Assembly (NCBI RefSeq): GCF_964213995.1
Contig: NC_135811.1
Span: 101,928,001-101,992,000, forward strand
Origin: Mustelus asterias
Taxonomy: Eukaryota
Length of the DNA: 64,000 bases
Direction: 5' to 3'
Positions 25,018 to 39,080 of the stretch are shown piece by piece. The position numbers and the translations under genes were made by a program. Position 1 is the first letter of the stretch; every line of letters starts with the position of its first letter. The notes below the pieces were generated by a model. It ran no database searches. It was not told the origin of the DNA and saw only the letters and a list, made by a program, of their open reading frames with translations.

Positions 25018-26560
25018 AGAACATAGAACATAGAACATAGAACATTACAGCACAGAACAGGCCCTTCGGCCCACGATGTTGTGCCGACCTTCATCTGAAA
25101 CCAAGATCAAGCTATCCCACTCCCTACCATCCTGGTGTGCTCCATGTGCCTATCCAATAACCGCTTAAATGTTCCTAAAGTGTCTGACTCCACTATCACT
25201 GCAGGCAGTCCATTCCACACCCCAACCACTCTCTGCGTGAAGAACCTACCTCTGATATCCTTCCTATATCTCCCACCATGAACCCTATAGTTATGCCCCC
25301 TTGTAATAGCTCCATCCACCCGAGGAAATAGACTTTGAACGTTCACTCGATCTATCCCCTTCATCATTTTATAAACCTCTATTAAGTCTCCCCTCAATCT
25401 CCTCCGCTCCAGAGAGAACAGCCCCAGCTCCCTCAACCTTTCCTCATAAGACCGACACTCCAAACCAGGCAGCATCCTGGTAAATCTCCTCTGCACTCTT
25501 TCCAGCGCTTCCACATCCTTCTTATAGTGAGGATGACCAGAACTGCACGCAATATTCCAAATGCGGTCTCACCAAGGTCCTGTACAGTTGCAGCATAACC
25601 CCACAGCTCTTAAACTCCAACCCCCTGTTAATAAAAGCTAACACACTATAGGCCTTCTTCACAGCTCTATCCACTTGAGTGGCAACCTTTAGAGATCTGT
25701 GGATATGGACCCCAAGATCTCTCCGTTCCTCCACAGTCTTCAGAACCCTACCTTTGACCCTGTAATCCACATTTAAATTAGTCCTACCAAAATGAATCAC
25801 CTCACATTTATCAGGGTTAAACTCCATTTGCCATTTTTCAGCCCAGCTTTGCATCCTATCTATGTCTCTTTGCAGCCTACAACAGCCCTCCACCTCATCC
25901 ACTACTCCACCAATCTTGGTGTCATCAGCAAATTTACTGATCCACCCTTCAGCCCCCTCCTCTAAGTCATTAATAAAAATCACAAAGAGCAGAGGACCAA
26001 GCACCGATCCCTGCGGCACTCCGCTAGCAACCTGCCTCCAGTCCGAAAATTTTCCATCCACCACCACCCTCTGTCTTCGATCAGATAGCCAGTTACCTAT
26101 CCAATCGGCCAACTTTCCCTCTATCCCACACCTCCTTACTTTCATCATAAGCCGACCATGGGGGACCTTATCAAACGCCTTACTAAAATCCATGTATATG
26201 ACATCAACCGCCCTACCTTCATCAACACACCTAGTTACCTCCTCAAAAAATTCTATCAAATTTGTGAGGCACGATTTGCCCTTCACAAATCCGTGCTGAC
26301 TATCCCGGATTAATCCGCATCTTTCTAAATGGTCGTAAATCCCATCCCTAAGGACCTTTTCCATCAATTTACCAACCACCGAAGTCAGACTAACCGGTCT
26401 ATAATTACCAGGTAAGGAGGAGAGCGGGAGGGCAATAGTTATTGGGGACTCGTTAGTTAGAGGGATAGATAGGAGGTTCTGTCTAGCGGATGCCAGGGTC
26501 CGTGACGTCTCGGACCGTGTTTTCCGGATTCTTAAGGGGGAGGGGAAACAGTCACAAGTT
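25018..26560 (-). mobile_element. Young CR1 (RT) with an inverted ORF1 fragment at its 5' end
   Basis: ORFs 25522-26379 and 25107-25514 separated by a 1-nt frameshift; 26411-26560 encodes AIVIGDSLVRGIDRRFC on the + strand. Confidence 0.92.
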
Positions 26561-27119
26561 TATTTCAAATAAATGCTAGACTTCGTGTCTACCATTTGGA
26601 GTTTTTAAAAATTCCTGTTTTTGTGGAAGCAATGATGATGCAAAATAATAGATTCTTAAAATTGCAATGACATATTTCTATTTAATCAAGTAGGAACTCT
26701 CTTTTTCCACTTCAGAAAATCAATGTCACGGTAAGTATTGTTGCAAATCTCCCCATTACCCTTCATTTCAAACATGTAACTGGGGCTAATGCAGAGACCC
26801 TCACCACAACCTTGCAACTAATCACCACAAGTTGTTACTAGGCCCCAGGGAGGCCAGGGGCACTTAACAGACATCAAAGTAGACTTCAGGGGTAATTGAT
26901 GTTCATCCTGGCACCTCAGCAATCTTCTCCTCTGCAGCCAATCAATGTCTGTTTTTCTCTACTCACAGTCACTTGGCAAGTTGCCTGAGTGATTTCAGAT
27001 TGCCACGCGTATTGGTTGAATTAGGGTTGTCTACTTAAAATGGCTCTAGTCACGGAATGAGGAACTTGGGTGGCTGGATTGTGTTGCTCACTCTAAACTG
27101 ACTGTGATGTGAATAATCC

Positions 27120-27680
27120 CCTAGTTACCACACTCATGTTTGGGTACACAGAGGGAGAATTTAGCATAGCCAATGCACCTAACCAACATGGGTATACGCG
27201 TGTTCATGCATAGATTTAGCCTGTGAGGAAAGGCAGTAAATGTCTCTCTCAACTTACCGAATGCAAAATACTCAAGCCCTGAATTGGGTAATAAGGAAAT
27301 TAAAGCAGCAAAACACCCAAGAAGCAATATTAATAACATAAAATGTAGAATTTTTTAGGAAAGCAAGTTACACAAGTTTCTTTTGTACAAAAGAACTTAC
27401 TACAGGCCACAACTGCTCATTATCCCATACATTGCACGCTAACAATCAACTCAGATTTTTACAACAGGAAATTTTGCAGTTTTTAAGTTCAACAAACCAT
27501 GTCATCAAAGCAGCGTATCTTCCACGTGCTCTGGTTTTGGACTGTGGGAGGAAACCGGAGCACCTGGAAGATACCCATGCAGAAAGGGGAGAACGTGCAG
27601 ACTTTGCACAGACAGTGATCCAAGCTAAGAATCAAACCCGGGTCCCTGGTGCTGTGAGGCAGCAATGCTAACCACTGTAC
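27120..27680 (-). mobile_element. Two V-SINE fragments (27120-27190 tail B part, 27535-27680 head/core)
   Basis: Matches to other SINE copies, separated by AT-rich sequence. Confidence 0.75.
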
Positions 27681-27759
27681 CAGCTGTGATAGTCACCTCA
27701 CTGACCATCCATCCTGATCTGGCCCCATTTCTTACTCATTAGGTGTTGATACATATTCA

Positions 27760-27876
27760 TCAGAATTCTACCGCCCTGCCAGCCACGGATTCGGAGGGGG
27801 CGGACAACGGAAATGTATTGACTTTGGGACGGGAATTTCTGGTCCCACTCGAGTGAGGTCATAAAATCCCACCCAT
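27760..27876. mobile_element. Short GC-rich MITE-like element
   Basis: Imperfect inverted ends (GAATTCTACCGCC / GGTCATAAAATCC); CpG-rich patch in AT-rich background. Confidence 0.35.
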
Positions 27877-28514
27877 TGAGTTTCTACCATTTCTAACATG
27901 CAGTAAGTTCCTCAGTTCTGAGCTCTCAAACTCAACTCCTGAATTTTATTTTAGAAACCAGAAAAACAGCATTTTAAATGCAAATGCAGGAAACTTGGGC
28001 CTTTTCTCCTCACTCTAGATTCCTTTTAACATTACTGCTCATTTGATTATTTGTATCTCACTTGCTACTTATGGTCAGACTTACCCCCGAACATCATGTT
28101 GCAATACCTGTGAAAGATAGTGTGGCTTGTGCAGGTCAAAAACTGACTTGGCCAAGGCTGACCTATCTTTGTTCATAACCTCACTGATCATTTTGCTATT
28201 GGCAGTATCAAGTGAAAAAAGGGAATGGCAGAGTTAAATCATTCAGACTTCTGGTGAAGGGGTAGGTCAGAGAAAGGTGCCCTGCTTTGAGGCCAAGGTC
28301 ATTGAGTGGCTGTTGCAGGAAGTGCTGTGACCCCCACCATGGGAGGAAAATCTTAAAAAGAAATAGATGCATAAGTGCTGAGAGGCATCTATGGCCATCA
28401 TTAGTAGCAGCTTCATTCCAAAGAACATTTTGAGCTATATTACCAGAAGGGAGAAAATCTTAATGAACCTTGTAAAATTGTTTGTTTGCTTTAGCAACAA
28501 TAGTGTATATCTTA

Positions 28515-28778
28515 TGGTTAGCACTGCTGCTTCACAGCGCCAGGGACCCGGGTTCGATTCCTGGCTTGGGTCACTGTCCGTGTGGAGTTTGCACGTTCTC
28601 CCTGTGTCTGTCTGGATTTCCTCCGGGTGCTCCGGTTTCCTCCCACATTCTGAAAGACGTGCTGGTTAGGGTGCATTGACCCGAGCAGATGCTGGACTCT
28701 GACGACTAGGGGAATTTCACAGTAATCTCATTGCAGTGTTAATGTGAGCCTTACTTGTGACTAATAAATAAACTTTAT
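28515..28778 (+). mobile_element. V-SINE, tail B
   Basis: Head, core, TTGTGACTAATAAATAAACTTT end. Confidence 0.92.
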
Positions 28779-29566
28779 ATTTTATCATGACTTTTGCCCA
28801 TTCTTTTCTTCTGCTTTTCCGTCGCCACTTAATTTTTTCTGCCCTGTCAAACATCCTCACAGCTCACCCCTTGTATTTGATCAGTTTTCTTGCTCTTTGA
28901 AAAGTGCAATTGTAAAATATTCATTTCTCACTAAACCAGCAGTTCTAAAGCTTTTCCTAGCTCTCAAAGTTATATGCACAGGATGTGAACTACTTATTCT
29001 GTGATCAGAACAGACATAGCTTATCAGAATTAATTAGCAGGAAGAAATGTCTTTTCCTGTCCATTTACTAGATATTAATCAACAAAAGAATCTATTCAGA
29101 ATTGAGAGGAGATGAATGCTAACGAAAGATCTAATGAGTCAGTTTAATCTGATCACCAATGAGAGTAAATGTAGATCCATTGTTACACATGCACTGACTT
29201 TCCTTGCTCAGATTAATGACCAGAGGACAACTTAATAAGTGGAGAGCCTGATTTTTTCATAATAAGTTGCTGGAGAATTTTTTAATAATGTGAAATTTAC
29301 ACAGTATCGTTTTCCCTTATTGGAGTCGCTGTTGTATCTGTAATAGGCTGTACCTGATAGAATTACTGGATAAAAAATCATGAAAAATTGCTTGCATCAT
29401 GGAGTTTACCCACATTTAGAGCGCCTCATGGTAGTAAAAGGTTAATGCTGTGACTTCAACAATTCTGAGAGTTTTGGATCATTTTTTAAATCCCCTTACT
29501 CTTCCAAATTTATTACTGGATCAAAATACTGCTTCTCTTTAACTCCCAACAAGAGTTCAAATGTTT

Positions 29567-29814
29567 TCATAGAAACCCTACAGTGCAGAAGGAGGCATTC
29601 GGCCCATCGAGTCTGCACTAACAACAATCCCACCCAGGTCCTATCCCTGCAACCCCACACGTTTGCCCCGCTAATCCCTCTAACCTACGCATCCCAGGGC
29701 ACTAAGGGGCAATTTAGCATGGCCAATGCACTGAACCCACACATCTTTGGACTGTGGGAGGAAACCGGAGCACCCAGAGGAAACCCACGCAGACACTGGG
29801 AGAACGTGCAAACT

Positions 29815-29878
<64 letters not shown>

Positions 29879-29941
29879 ACCCAGGCTGGGAATCAAACCC
29901 TGGTCCCTGGAGCTGTGAGGCAGCAGTGCTAATGACTGTGC
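29567..29941 (-). mobile_element. HE1-like V-SINE, tail A, with internal microsatellite
   Basis: Full SINE; repeat expansion at the TCTGTGTG position of the consensus. Confidence 0.93.
29816..29876. repeat. (CA)~30 microsatellite
   Basis: Perfect dinucleotide run. Confidence 0.98.
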
Positions 29942-31351
29942 CTCGAGTAATTGGACACATGGGTGAGAAACTTTTTACAGTAATGGGTCCATTCATCTTT
30001 TTGCTATTATGAGCAGATATTCCGTTATGTTATTCATGGCCACAGACTTATCTCTTCAGTAACTTTCCCTTTATTGCACACCAGACCCCCTTGCCAGCCT
30101 TAAAGCTCCAATTCCCCTGTGTCCTGTTTTGAGGGTGTACTTTTAAAAATATATATTTAATTCTTCGTCTGGCTGGATTTAAAAGAAACAATAAACTGTA
30201 ATCCTATAAAGACAATGGAGGACTGCCAGTCTGCTTCACTGCACAAACTTATATTCCACCAAGCGGGATGAGAAAGTACTGACATTCAGACCCTTTAGGA
30301 AGTGTGAAAGGCCCATTTCCAGTTCATTTTTACACTATGCTGAAACCTTTCAAAAGTTTTTGAGAAACGAATTATCTGTTCCAAAAAAACAGCAGAGATT
30401 CCTCTGGAATATACAGCCAGCAGGATTTTAAGAGTTGTTTAAGAACTGTTTAGTAAACCATATAGATCAGATATTAGAGATCAGAATGGTATACTAAGCG
30501 GCTGTAAAGGCTCTGGAGTGGCAGGTCTGAGAAAACCTGTCTGACTAATTCTTCATAATCTGAAAGTGTGAATCATGGGACTCCAATATTGGCAAAGTTC
30601 ATCTCTAAATTTACCAACAAAATCTTGTTATGGTCAGACTTGGAATGATAGAATAGGGGAGTAATTTTTTTACCCCCGCAAGTGGCCATAACAGTCCCCT
30701 CTGTCTTTTTATTTGTTTTCTGCTCTTTTCTCCCATTCGCTGTGTGAAGCTCTTATAAACATTTCATTGTGATTTCTGTATTTCCCTGCTTGTCTGGCCC
30801 TTTGGCACAGTGGTTAGCACTGCTGCCTCACAACGCCAGGGACCTGGGTGAGTATACACAGATGATCCAGCTATGCAGTGGCCCAGAAAATGGTGGTTTG
30901 GAGGAAGGCTTTTTCTGCATGGCTTGCTTTGTAATATTGGTTCAGGACTGTGTGGTACTTCTGAAATGAAAAGTTGACTTGTTGACTGGAGATTAAATAT
31001 AGGCTTAGGTGGAGGGTGCGAGTGGCAGGGGCAGAAGGGTGGCCAATTTGCATATGTGGTATTAATTGGTGGGGTGAGAAATTCTTGGAGTCAAGCAAAC
31101 ATTTTTTTTAAGAAATGACTTCTGCAGCTTTTATATACCTATTATGAATGTAATTTTAGCTGTACACGATGTAATGAAAAGGACATGACTGCCACGACAA
31201 ATTTGAAAAATATTTGTGCTGGATGCTGATCAATGGCTTTTCCTCCCTGTTTGTACTTGAGCAAAGGTGCTATGCATTTGAGAAATAATTGTAAGCAACT
31301 GTGGTAAATGCAAGAAGGATAATACCAATTGTTAGGTGTACATTAGGATTT

Positions 31352-31652
31352 GGGTAGCACAGTGGTTAGCACTGCTGTTTCACAGCATCAGGGACCCGCG
31401 TTCAATTCCGGCCTCGGGTTGCTGTCTGTGTGGAGTTTGCACGTTCTCCCCGTGTCTGCGTGGGTTTCCTCCGGGTGCTCCGGTTTCCTCCCACAGTCCA
31501 AAGGTGTGAGAGTTAGATTGATTGGCCATGCTAAATTGACCCTAGTGTCAGGGGCATTAGCAGGGTAAATGTGCCCTGGGTGGGATTATGGTCGGTGCAG
31601 ACTTGATGGGCTGAATGGCCTCTTTCTGCACTGCAGGGATTCTATGATTCTA
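31352..31652 (+). mobile_element. HE1-like V-SINE, tail A
   Basis: Head to GGGATTCTATGATTCTA. Confidence 0.93.
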
Positions 31653-31904
31653 GAATGCAGACATGATATTAGAATATGACATTCCGGCACTTGTACTTGC
31701 CTTATTTCTCACTTTTAAAATGAGATTTGGAAAACATACCTTGCCATACAGGGTTGCTCTGATTGTTACATCCAAGGAACTATTTGGTTATACTGTGGGT
31801 TCCCAGCCTCTGTAGTTATAAATTGAAGCAAACTTGCATGATCCCTATAATAAAACTAGTTGATTCGCCAATGTAACTTGTAACTAATTTGTCAATTTCA
31901 AGGG

Positions 31905-32560
31905 AAATGTTGCCCGTATGTGTCATATCCATAAAAAGCAGGACAGGTCAAACTCTGCCAAATACTGCCCTGTTTACTCTCATTCACCATTAAAGTGATG
32001 GCAGGAGTCAAGTGGTATCAAATAGTATTTATTCACTAGCAACCTTCTTGCTGATGCTTGTTTTCGAGTCCATCAGGGCTGCTCTGATCCAGACATGCAT
32101 ACCAGCTGAATTCTGTTGGTGAGAGTGAGTGCTCTGATCATCAAGGCAGCATTCCCCCCAACTATGGCACTCGAGTCCAAACTAACATCAGTGGAGGTTA
32201 AAAAAAAAACTGTCTACTGGCTGGAACCATAGCTGGCATAAAGGAAGGTGGTGGTGATTGTTGAAGGTCAAACATCTTTGTTCCGTTCTGTTGTTGCAGG
32301 AGTTCTATTGGTGCTTTGTCCTTGAGCCAGTTATCTTTGGCTGTTGCTTAAATGATCTTCCCTCCATCATAAGGACGGAGGTGGGGATGTTTGCTGGTGG
32401 CTGTAAAGTATTCAGCTAAATTCGCAATTCCTCAGATAATTAATCAGCCCATTCCCACATGCAGAAGGCCATCTAGGCTTGATGAGAAGTGGCAAGTAAC
32501 ACAGTTTCAAACAAGTGTCAGACAGCGATCGTCTCCATAAAGAGAGCCTAGTCACCTAAA
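31905..32560 (+). mobile_element. Old CR1-group LINE RT fragment
   Basis: KKQDRSNSAKYCP, GV...G, NDLPSII...VGMFA remnants; same family as 63380-63890. Confidence 0.65.
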
Positions 32561-32577
32561 AAGGACTGTATTAAGTA

Positions 32578-34495
32578 GCTGCAAAATACTGTGGATGCTG
32601 GAATCTGAAGCAAAAACAGAAAAATGTTGGAAAATCTCAGCAGGTCTGACAGCGTCTGCGGAGAGAGGAGACTCAACTTTTTGAGTCTAAATGATCCTTT
32701 GTTAAAGCTGAGGAAGGGTCATCGTACAAAGAACACTACAGCACAGGAATAAGCCTTTCGGGCCTCTAAGCCTGTGCCGATCACGTTTACCTATCTAAAC
32801 CAACCGCTTATATCCCTCTATTCTGCATTTGTTCAAGTGTCTGTCAAGATAAGTCTTAAATGTGGCTAACGTTACTGCCTCAACCATCTCACTTGGCAGT
32901 GCATTCCAGGCCCCCACCGCCCTCTGTTTTAAAAAAAAACTTCTCTGCATATCTCCTGAACCTTTCCACCCTTATCTTGAACTTGTGCCCCCTTGTGATT
33001 GTCATTTCTGCCCTGGGGAAAAGCTTCCGACTGTTCACCCTATCCATACTCCTCATCGTTTTATAAACTTCTATAGGTCGCTCCTCAGCCTCCGTCTCTC
33101 CAGGGAGAACAATCCCAGTTTATTCAATCTCTCCTCATAGCTAATACCCTCCATACCAGGCAACATCCTGGTAAACCTTTTCTGCACTCTCTCCAAAGCC
33201 TCCACGTCGTTCTGGTAGTGTGGTGACCAGAATTGGACACAGTATTCCAAATGTGGCCGAACCAATGTTTTATACAACTGTAACATAATTTGCCAACTTT
33301 TATACTCGATGCCCCATCCGATGAAGGCAAGCATGCCATATACTTTCTTCACCACCTTTTCCACCTGTGCTGCCACTTTTAAGGATCTCTGGACCTGTGC
33401 TCCCAAATCTCTTGGTGTGTCGATGCTCCTGATGGTTCTGCCATCTATTTCACAGCTCTCACCTGAATTGGTTCTACCAAAATGCATCACTTCACATTTG
33501 CCCGGATTAAATTCCATCTACCATTTCTCCATCCAATTTTCCAATCTATCTATATCCTGCTGTATTCTCTGACAATCTTCATCACTATCCACAACTCTGC
33601 CAATCTTAGTATCATCTGTAAACTTGCTAATCAGACCAGCTACGTTTTCTTCCAAGTCACTTATATATATTACAAACAACAGAGGTCCCAGCACTGATCC
33701 CTGCAGACCACTAGTTACAGACCTCCATTCAGAAAAATGCTCTTCCACCACTACTCTGTCTTCTATGGCCAAACTAGTTCTGAATCCATCTAGCTAGTTC
33801 ACCCCTGATCCCGTGAGATTTAATCTTTTGCACCAACCTGCCATGAAGGACCATGTCAAATGCTTTACTAAAGTCCATATAGACAACATCCACAGCCTTT
33901 CCCTCATCAATCATTTTTGTCACCTCAATAAACTCAAATTAAATTTGTGAGACAGGATCTCCCACATACAAAACCATGCTGCCTGTCGCTAACAAGGCCA
34001 TTCAGTTCCAAATGTGTATAGATCCTATTCCTAAGAATCCTCTCCAACAGTTTCACTGTCACTGATGTCAAGCTCACTGACCTATAATTACCCAGGTTAT
34101 CCTTGCTACCCTTGTTAAATAACGGGACAACATTGGCTATTCTCCAATCCTCTGGCACCTCACCAGTGGCTCAGAGGCTCAGCAATTTCATCTCTCGTCT
34201 CCCTCAGTAATCTGGATAGATGCCATCTGGCCCTGGATATTTGTCTAACTTGATGCTTTTTAATTCACCCAACACTTCCTCCCTTGTAATAACTTGTTCT
34301 AAAGGGTTTACACACCCCTCCAAGACACCATCAATCGACGTGACCCTCCTTTGTGAATAGCGATGCAAAGTATTCATTAAGGATCTCACCCACTTGCTTT
34401 GGTTCTATACATCTAGATTCAATGTTGGCTCTGTTCTCTCTCCACAGATGCTGTCAGACCTGCTGAGATTTTCCAGCAATTTCCTGTTTTTGTTG
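32578..34495. mobile_element. Family-2 PLE fold-back (32578-32724 and 34409-34495) split by a CR1 insertion
   Basis: Left arm, then the right arm starts CTGAGGAAGGGTCATC and resumes ATCTAGATTC...CAGATGCTGTCAGACCTGCTGAG after the CR1. Confidence 0.7.
32725..34408 (-). mobile_element. 5'-truncated CR1 LINE (RT)
   Basis: ORFs 33071-33517, 33518-33772, 33934-34158, 34204-34389 with RT motifs. Confidence 0.95.
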
Positions 34496-35197
34496 TCTGT
34501 ATTGGTAGCCTTGTCCTTGGTTGGCACTCCTTATTCTCTGGCTCTGAAGAGAGGATCAAGTGGCAACTCAGAAGCTGTACTGAATGATTTAAACCAGATT
34601 TAAGTGGGATCCACTAAAATGCAGACAGAATACTTATAGCAGGGCATAATGTCATTTCAAATAAATATTGATCTGAGACCTTTGTAATAAAACTGTTAAC
34701 AATCTGTTCGCTAGGCATCAGAACTCAAGCCAACAAATTAAGATCAACTCTGAAACTTAGCCCCATGGGATGTATAATTGAGTGAAATGTGAATTGATTA
34801 TTTTTTTTTACTAAAAGCAACTAATCAATCCTAGTCTGACAAAGCACCAGTTGGTGGTGGTAGATTTGTACAGAACCGACATAGCCTATAACAAAGCTCA
34901 GCATGTAGTAAGTCACTTAATGCATGATGAACTGTTAATGTCGCAATACAAATGATTAATGCCATCCCCAATTCCTTCAGCCATGTTCTAAAAATGGAGA
35001 AAGTGATTTAGAATCTAGTCTGTTTCACGGTGTCCATTAATAATGTTTTAAAGCTGGTATAGAATAAAGGAGACTTTAGCCTACATTACAAATGAAGAGG
35101 CAGTGCCAAATGTTGCTGGCACCCTTGTCCAGTAACCTTGTTCCCCTTGTAACACTGAAGAATTTCCTGCTGGCTGTTTATATAATTGTTCAAAAGC

Positions 35198-35481
35198 GAC
35201 ACGGCGGCACAGTGGTTAGCACTGCTGCCTCACAGCGCCAAAGGTCCGGGTTCAATTCCCGGCCTGGGTCACTGTTTGCGTGGAGTTTGCACATTCTCCC
35301 CGTGTCTGCGTGGGTTTCCTCCCATAGTCCAAAGATGTGCAGGCGAGGTGCATTTGCCATGCTAAATTGCCTCTTTAGTGCCAGGGGGCTAGCTAGGGTA
35401 AATGCATGGGGTTATGGGATTGTGGTTGGTGCAGACTCGATGGGCCGAATGGCCTCCTTCAATACTGTAGGGATTCTATGA
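35198..35481 (+). mobile_element. HE1-like V-SINE, tail A
   Basis: Head, core, tail. Confidence 0.92.
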
Positions 35482-35569
35482 ATTGCTGAGAGAGCACAAA
35501 ACAGAATTTTGTGCGTTTGTGTGGCAACCTCATTATGCTCCATCTGCTAGCTCTTTGCCAATTCCCAAC

Positions 35570-38100
35570 CTTATTTATCTAAATGCCCTGTTATAACGTC
35601 TTATAAACTACTAACATTTTCCCTTGTGACTGATGATCAAACTGGCCCTGTAGTGTCCTGTCTTCTGCTGATCTCCCTTTTTGAATAAAGGAGCTACATT
35701 TGCTATTCTTCAATCTAATGGAGCCTTCCCCAAATCTAATGAATTTTGGAAAATTAAAACATCATATATCTCACTCGCTACTTCCTGTAAGACTGTACGA
35801 TGAAATTCATCAGCACCCAGGGCCCAACAATTTGTTAAGTCCCTGGTTATTGTAATTTTCCTAAGTTCCTTCCTCCCTCCCAATCCCTGATTTACAGCCA
35901 TTTCTGGGGTGTTACTTATATCCTATGTAGTGAAGCCAAATACAAAATACCTGTTTTCACCTACAATTTCATTATTTTCCATTATTAACTTCCCAGACTC
36001 ACTTTCTACTGACCAGTCCTCACTTTGTCAACTCTTTCCTCTTTTAAATACCTACAGAAACTGTCTTTTTATTTCTAGCTAGCTTTCTCTTACATTCTGA
36101 TTTTTCCCTCAATCTTTTAGTCATTGTTTGCTGGTTTTTATATTCTGCCCAATCTTATGATCCACCCATCTTTGCGCAACTATTTGCTTTGTCTTTAAGT
36201 TTGATGCTATCTTCAACTTTTTTTGGTTAACCTCGCATGGTGGATCCTCCCCTTGGAATTTTTCTTATTGCAATGTATCTATTCAGTTTATTCTGTAATA
36301 GCCTCTTAAATATCTGCTAATGCATCTCAATTGACCTATCTTTAACCTAATTTGCCAGTTCACTTGAGCTGGTTCTGCTTTCATGCCCTCATTGCCCTTA
36401 TTTAAGTTTAAAATACTAGCCTTGGATTCATTCTTCTCTCCCTCAAGCTAAAGGTAAAGTTCAATCATATTATGATGACTGCTACCTGCAGAGCACTAGG
36501 GTCTCATAGCACAATACCGCATCTAATGCAGCTTGCTTCCTGCTTGGCTGCAGAACATGCTGATCTAATTATCCCGAAAACATCCTATGAAGTTGATGTT
36601 TACTCTACTTTGCACATCTGAATATTCCAGTCCATATGTGGATTAAAATCCTCCACGATTGCCTTTCTGACAAGTTAACACAATTTTTTGATACTCTGCT
36701 CTGCCTTGTGGTTGCTGCTAAGGGGCCTGTACACTACTCCCTCAAGTGACTTCTTACCGTTTATCATTTCTCATCTATACCCAATCCGTTTCTATATCCT
36801 GCTTTTGTAAACTTGGGCCATCCCCCTCTATTGTGCTCATGCCAGCTTTAATTAACAGAACCATCTTGCCACCTTTTCCTAACTTCCTATCCTTCCTAAA
36901 AGTCACGTACCCTTGAATATTTGGGCCCCAATCTATGCCATCCTGTAGCCATGACTCTAATAGTTATTAGATCATATCTATATTGGCGCATTTGTTTTAA
37001 TTTGAATGCTACGTTCATTCAGATACAAAGCCTTGGGTTTTGTACTTTTATTAGTTTTGTAATCTTTAATCTTATCTCTTGACTTGCTCTTCAGATTTAT
37101 TTCTCTGACCCTTCCTGTGACACTGTTTTATCATTTCCCATATTAGCACCTTCCTCTTTCTAATGCCTACTCTTTGATATACCATGTTTAGTGTCTTACC
37201 CCAACTATTTAGTTTAAAATCCCCTCTACTTCCCTGGTTCGCAAGAACGCTGGTCCCAGCATGGTTCAGGTGTAGACCATCCCAACAGTACAGCCCCAAC
37301 TTTTCCCAGTACTCGTGCCAATACCGCACAAGCCAAAGCACACTTCTCCTAAACCATGCATTTAATTCTCTAATTTTATGCACCCTATGCCGATTTGCAC
37401 GTGGCTCAGATAATCTCGAGATTATAACCTTTTGAGGTACTGCTTTTTAATTTGGTGTCTAGTTCCTCGTACTCCCTATGCAGAACCTCCTTCCTAGTTC
37501 TATCTATGTTGCTGGTACCTACATGGACTATGATGACTGAATCCTCCCCCTCTCTGCAAGTTCCCCTCTAACCCAGAGCAGAAGACCAAACCTTGACGCC
37601 AGGCAAGCAACACAACCCTTGGCACTCTTGCTCTTTATTGCAGAGGACAGTGTTAACCGCCCCCCCACCCCCTCCCTATACTATCCCCGACTACCACTAC
37701 ATCCCTGTTTGCCCCATGCACTTGAATGGCTTCATGTACCACAGTGCCATGGTCAGCTTTCTCATCCAGCTTGCAGCCCCCACTCCAAACAAGCTGAGAA
37801 AACCTCAAACCTGTTTGACACAATTGCAGAGGTTGACATTCCTGGACTCCTGCCCTCTGGGTCCCCTTGCTTGCCTTACTCGAAGTCACACCTCCCTGTC
37901 CTTGACCCTAAGTGATGTGACTGCCCCCTGGTACAAAGCTTCCAGGTAACTTTTCCCCCTCCCTAATGTGTTCAGTGTCTGCAGCTCAGCCTCCAACTCA
38001 GTGACTCTGAACTGATGCGTTTGTCATGGATCACATTGGCATCCAGGAGCATGCACATGCTATAGCCTTGGCACATCACTTGTCCTGCCATCCTTAATGT
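35570..38100 (-). mobile_element. Old CR1 5' part (ORF1 esterase, endonuclease, linker)
   Basis: VVVVGDSI and WDGLHLNHAGTSVLA (SGNH/GDSL esterase motifs of CR1 ORF1); degenerate ORF2 start. Confidence 0.8.
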
Positions 38101-38427
38101 GTTATATTATTCACTCATCTATATTGCTTTTTTTAAGATTAAATTTATCACTAGTTTGCATATCATCTGAAACCTTGGGACTGAACCAGATACTTAACCA
38201 AACTGCTAGCTCCTTTCCCTGTAGTAGGGGTGGGAACTAATTTTTACGGTGTGGAAAAGGTAAAAAAAAGAAAAGAACACCACCTTTTCTCAACCCCATC
38301 CACTTGCTAAATTTATAGGTATGCACTCAGTCCCTCAGCTGCACTTGCTGTTTTACAATTAGAATAATGTGCTGTTTTGCAATGATTGGAAAATCGAACT
38401 ATTAGTATGGTCGGAAGTATGGTCGGC

Positions 38428-39080
38428 AGCTGTGCAGGTTGAGGCTGTGGTTAAGAAGGCGTATGGTGTACTGGCCTTCATCTATCGAGGAATTGAGTTT
38501 AGGAGTCGTGAGATAATGTTGCAGCTATATAAGACCCTGGTCAGACCACACTTGGAGTACTGTGCTCAGTTCTGGTCGCCTCATTCCAGGAAGGATGTGG
38601 AAGCCATAGAAAGGGTGCAGAGGAGATTTACAAGGATGTTGCCTGGTTTGGGGAGCATGCCTTATGAGGATAGGTTGAGTGAGCTCGGCCTTTTCTCCTT
38701 GGAGAGACGAAGGATGAGGGGTGACCTGATAGAGGTGTATAAGATTTTGAGAGGTATTGATCGAGTGGATAGTCGGGCTTTTTCCCAGGGCTGAAATGGT
38801 TGCCACAAGAGGACACCGGTTTAAGGTGCTGGGGAGTAGGTACAGAGGAGATGTCAGGGGTAAGTTTTTCACTCGGAGGGTGGTGGGTGCATGGAATGGG
38901 CTGCCAGCAACGGTGGTGGAGGCGGATTCGATAGGGTCTTTTAAGAGACTTTTAGATAAGTACGTGGAACTTGGTAAGATAGAGGGTTATAGGTAAGCCT
39001 AGTAATCGCTAAGGTAGGGACATATTCGGCACAACTTTGTGGGCTGAAGGGTCTGTATTGTACTGTAGTTTTTCTATGTT
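38428..39080 (+). mobile_element. CR1 3' portion
   Basis: LYKTLVRPHLEYC, FFTRRVVGAWNGLP. Confidence 0.93.

Noticed and set aside
25862-26299. Antisense ORFs over CR1 and Penelope RT regions
   Set aside because: Shadow frames of transposon coding sequence.
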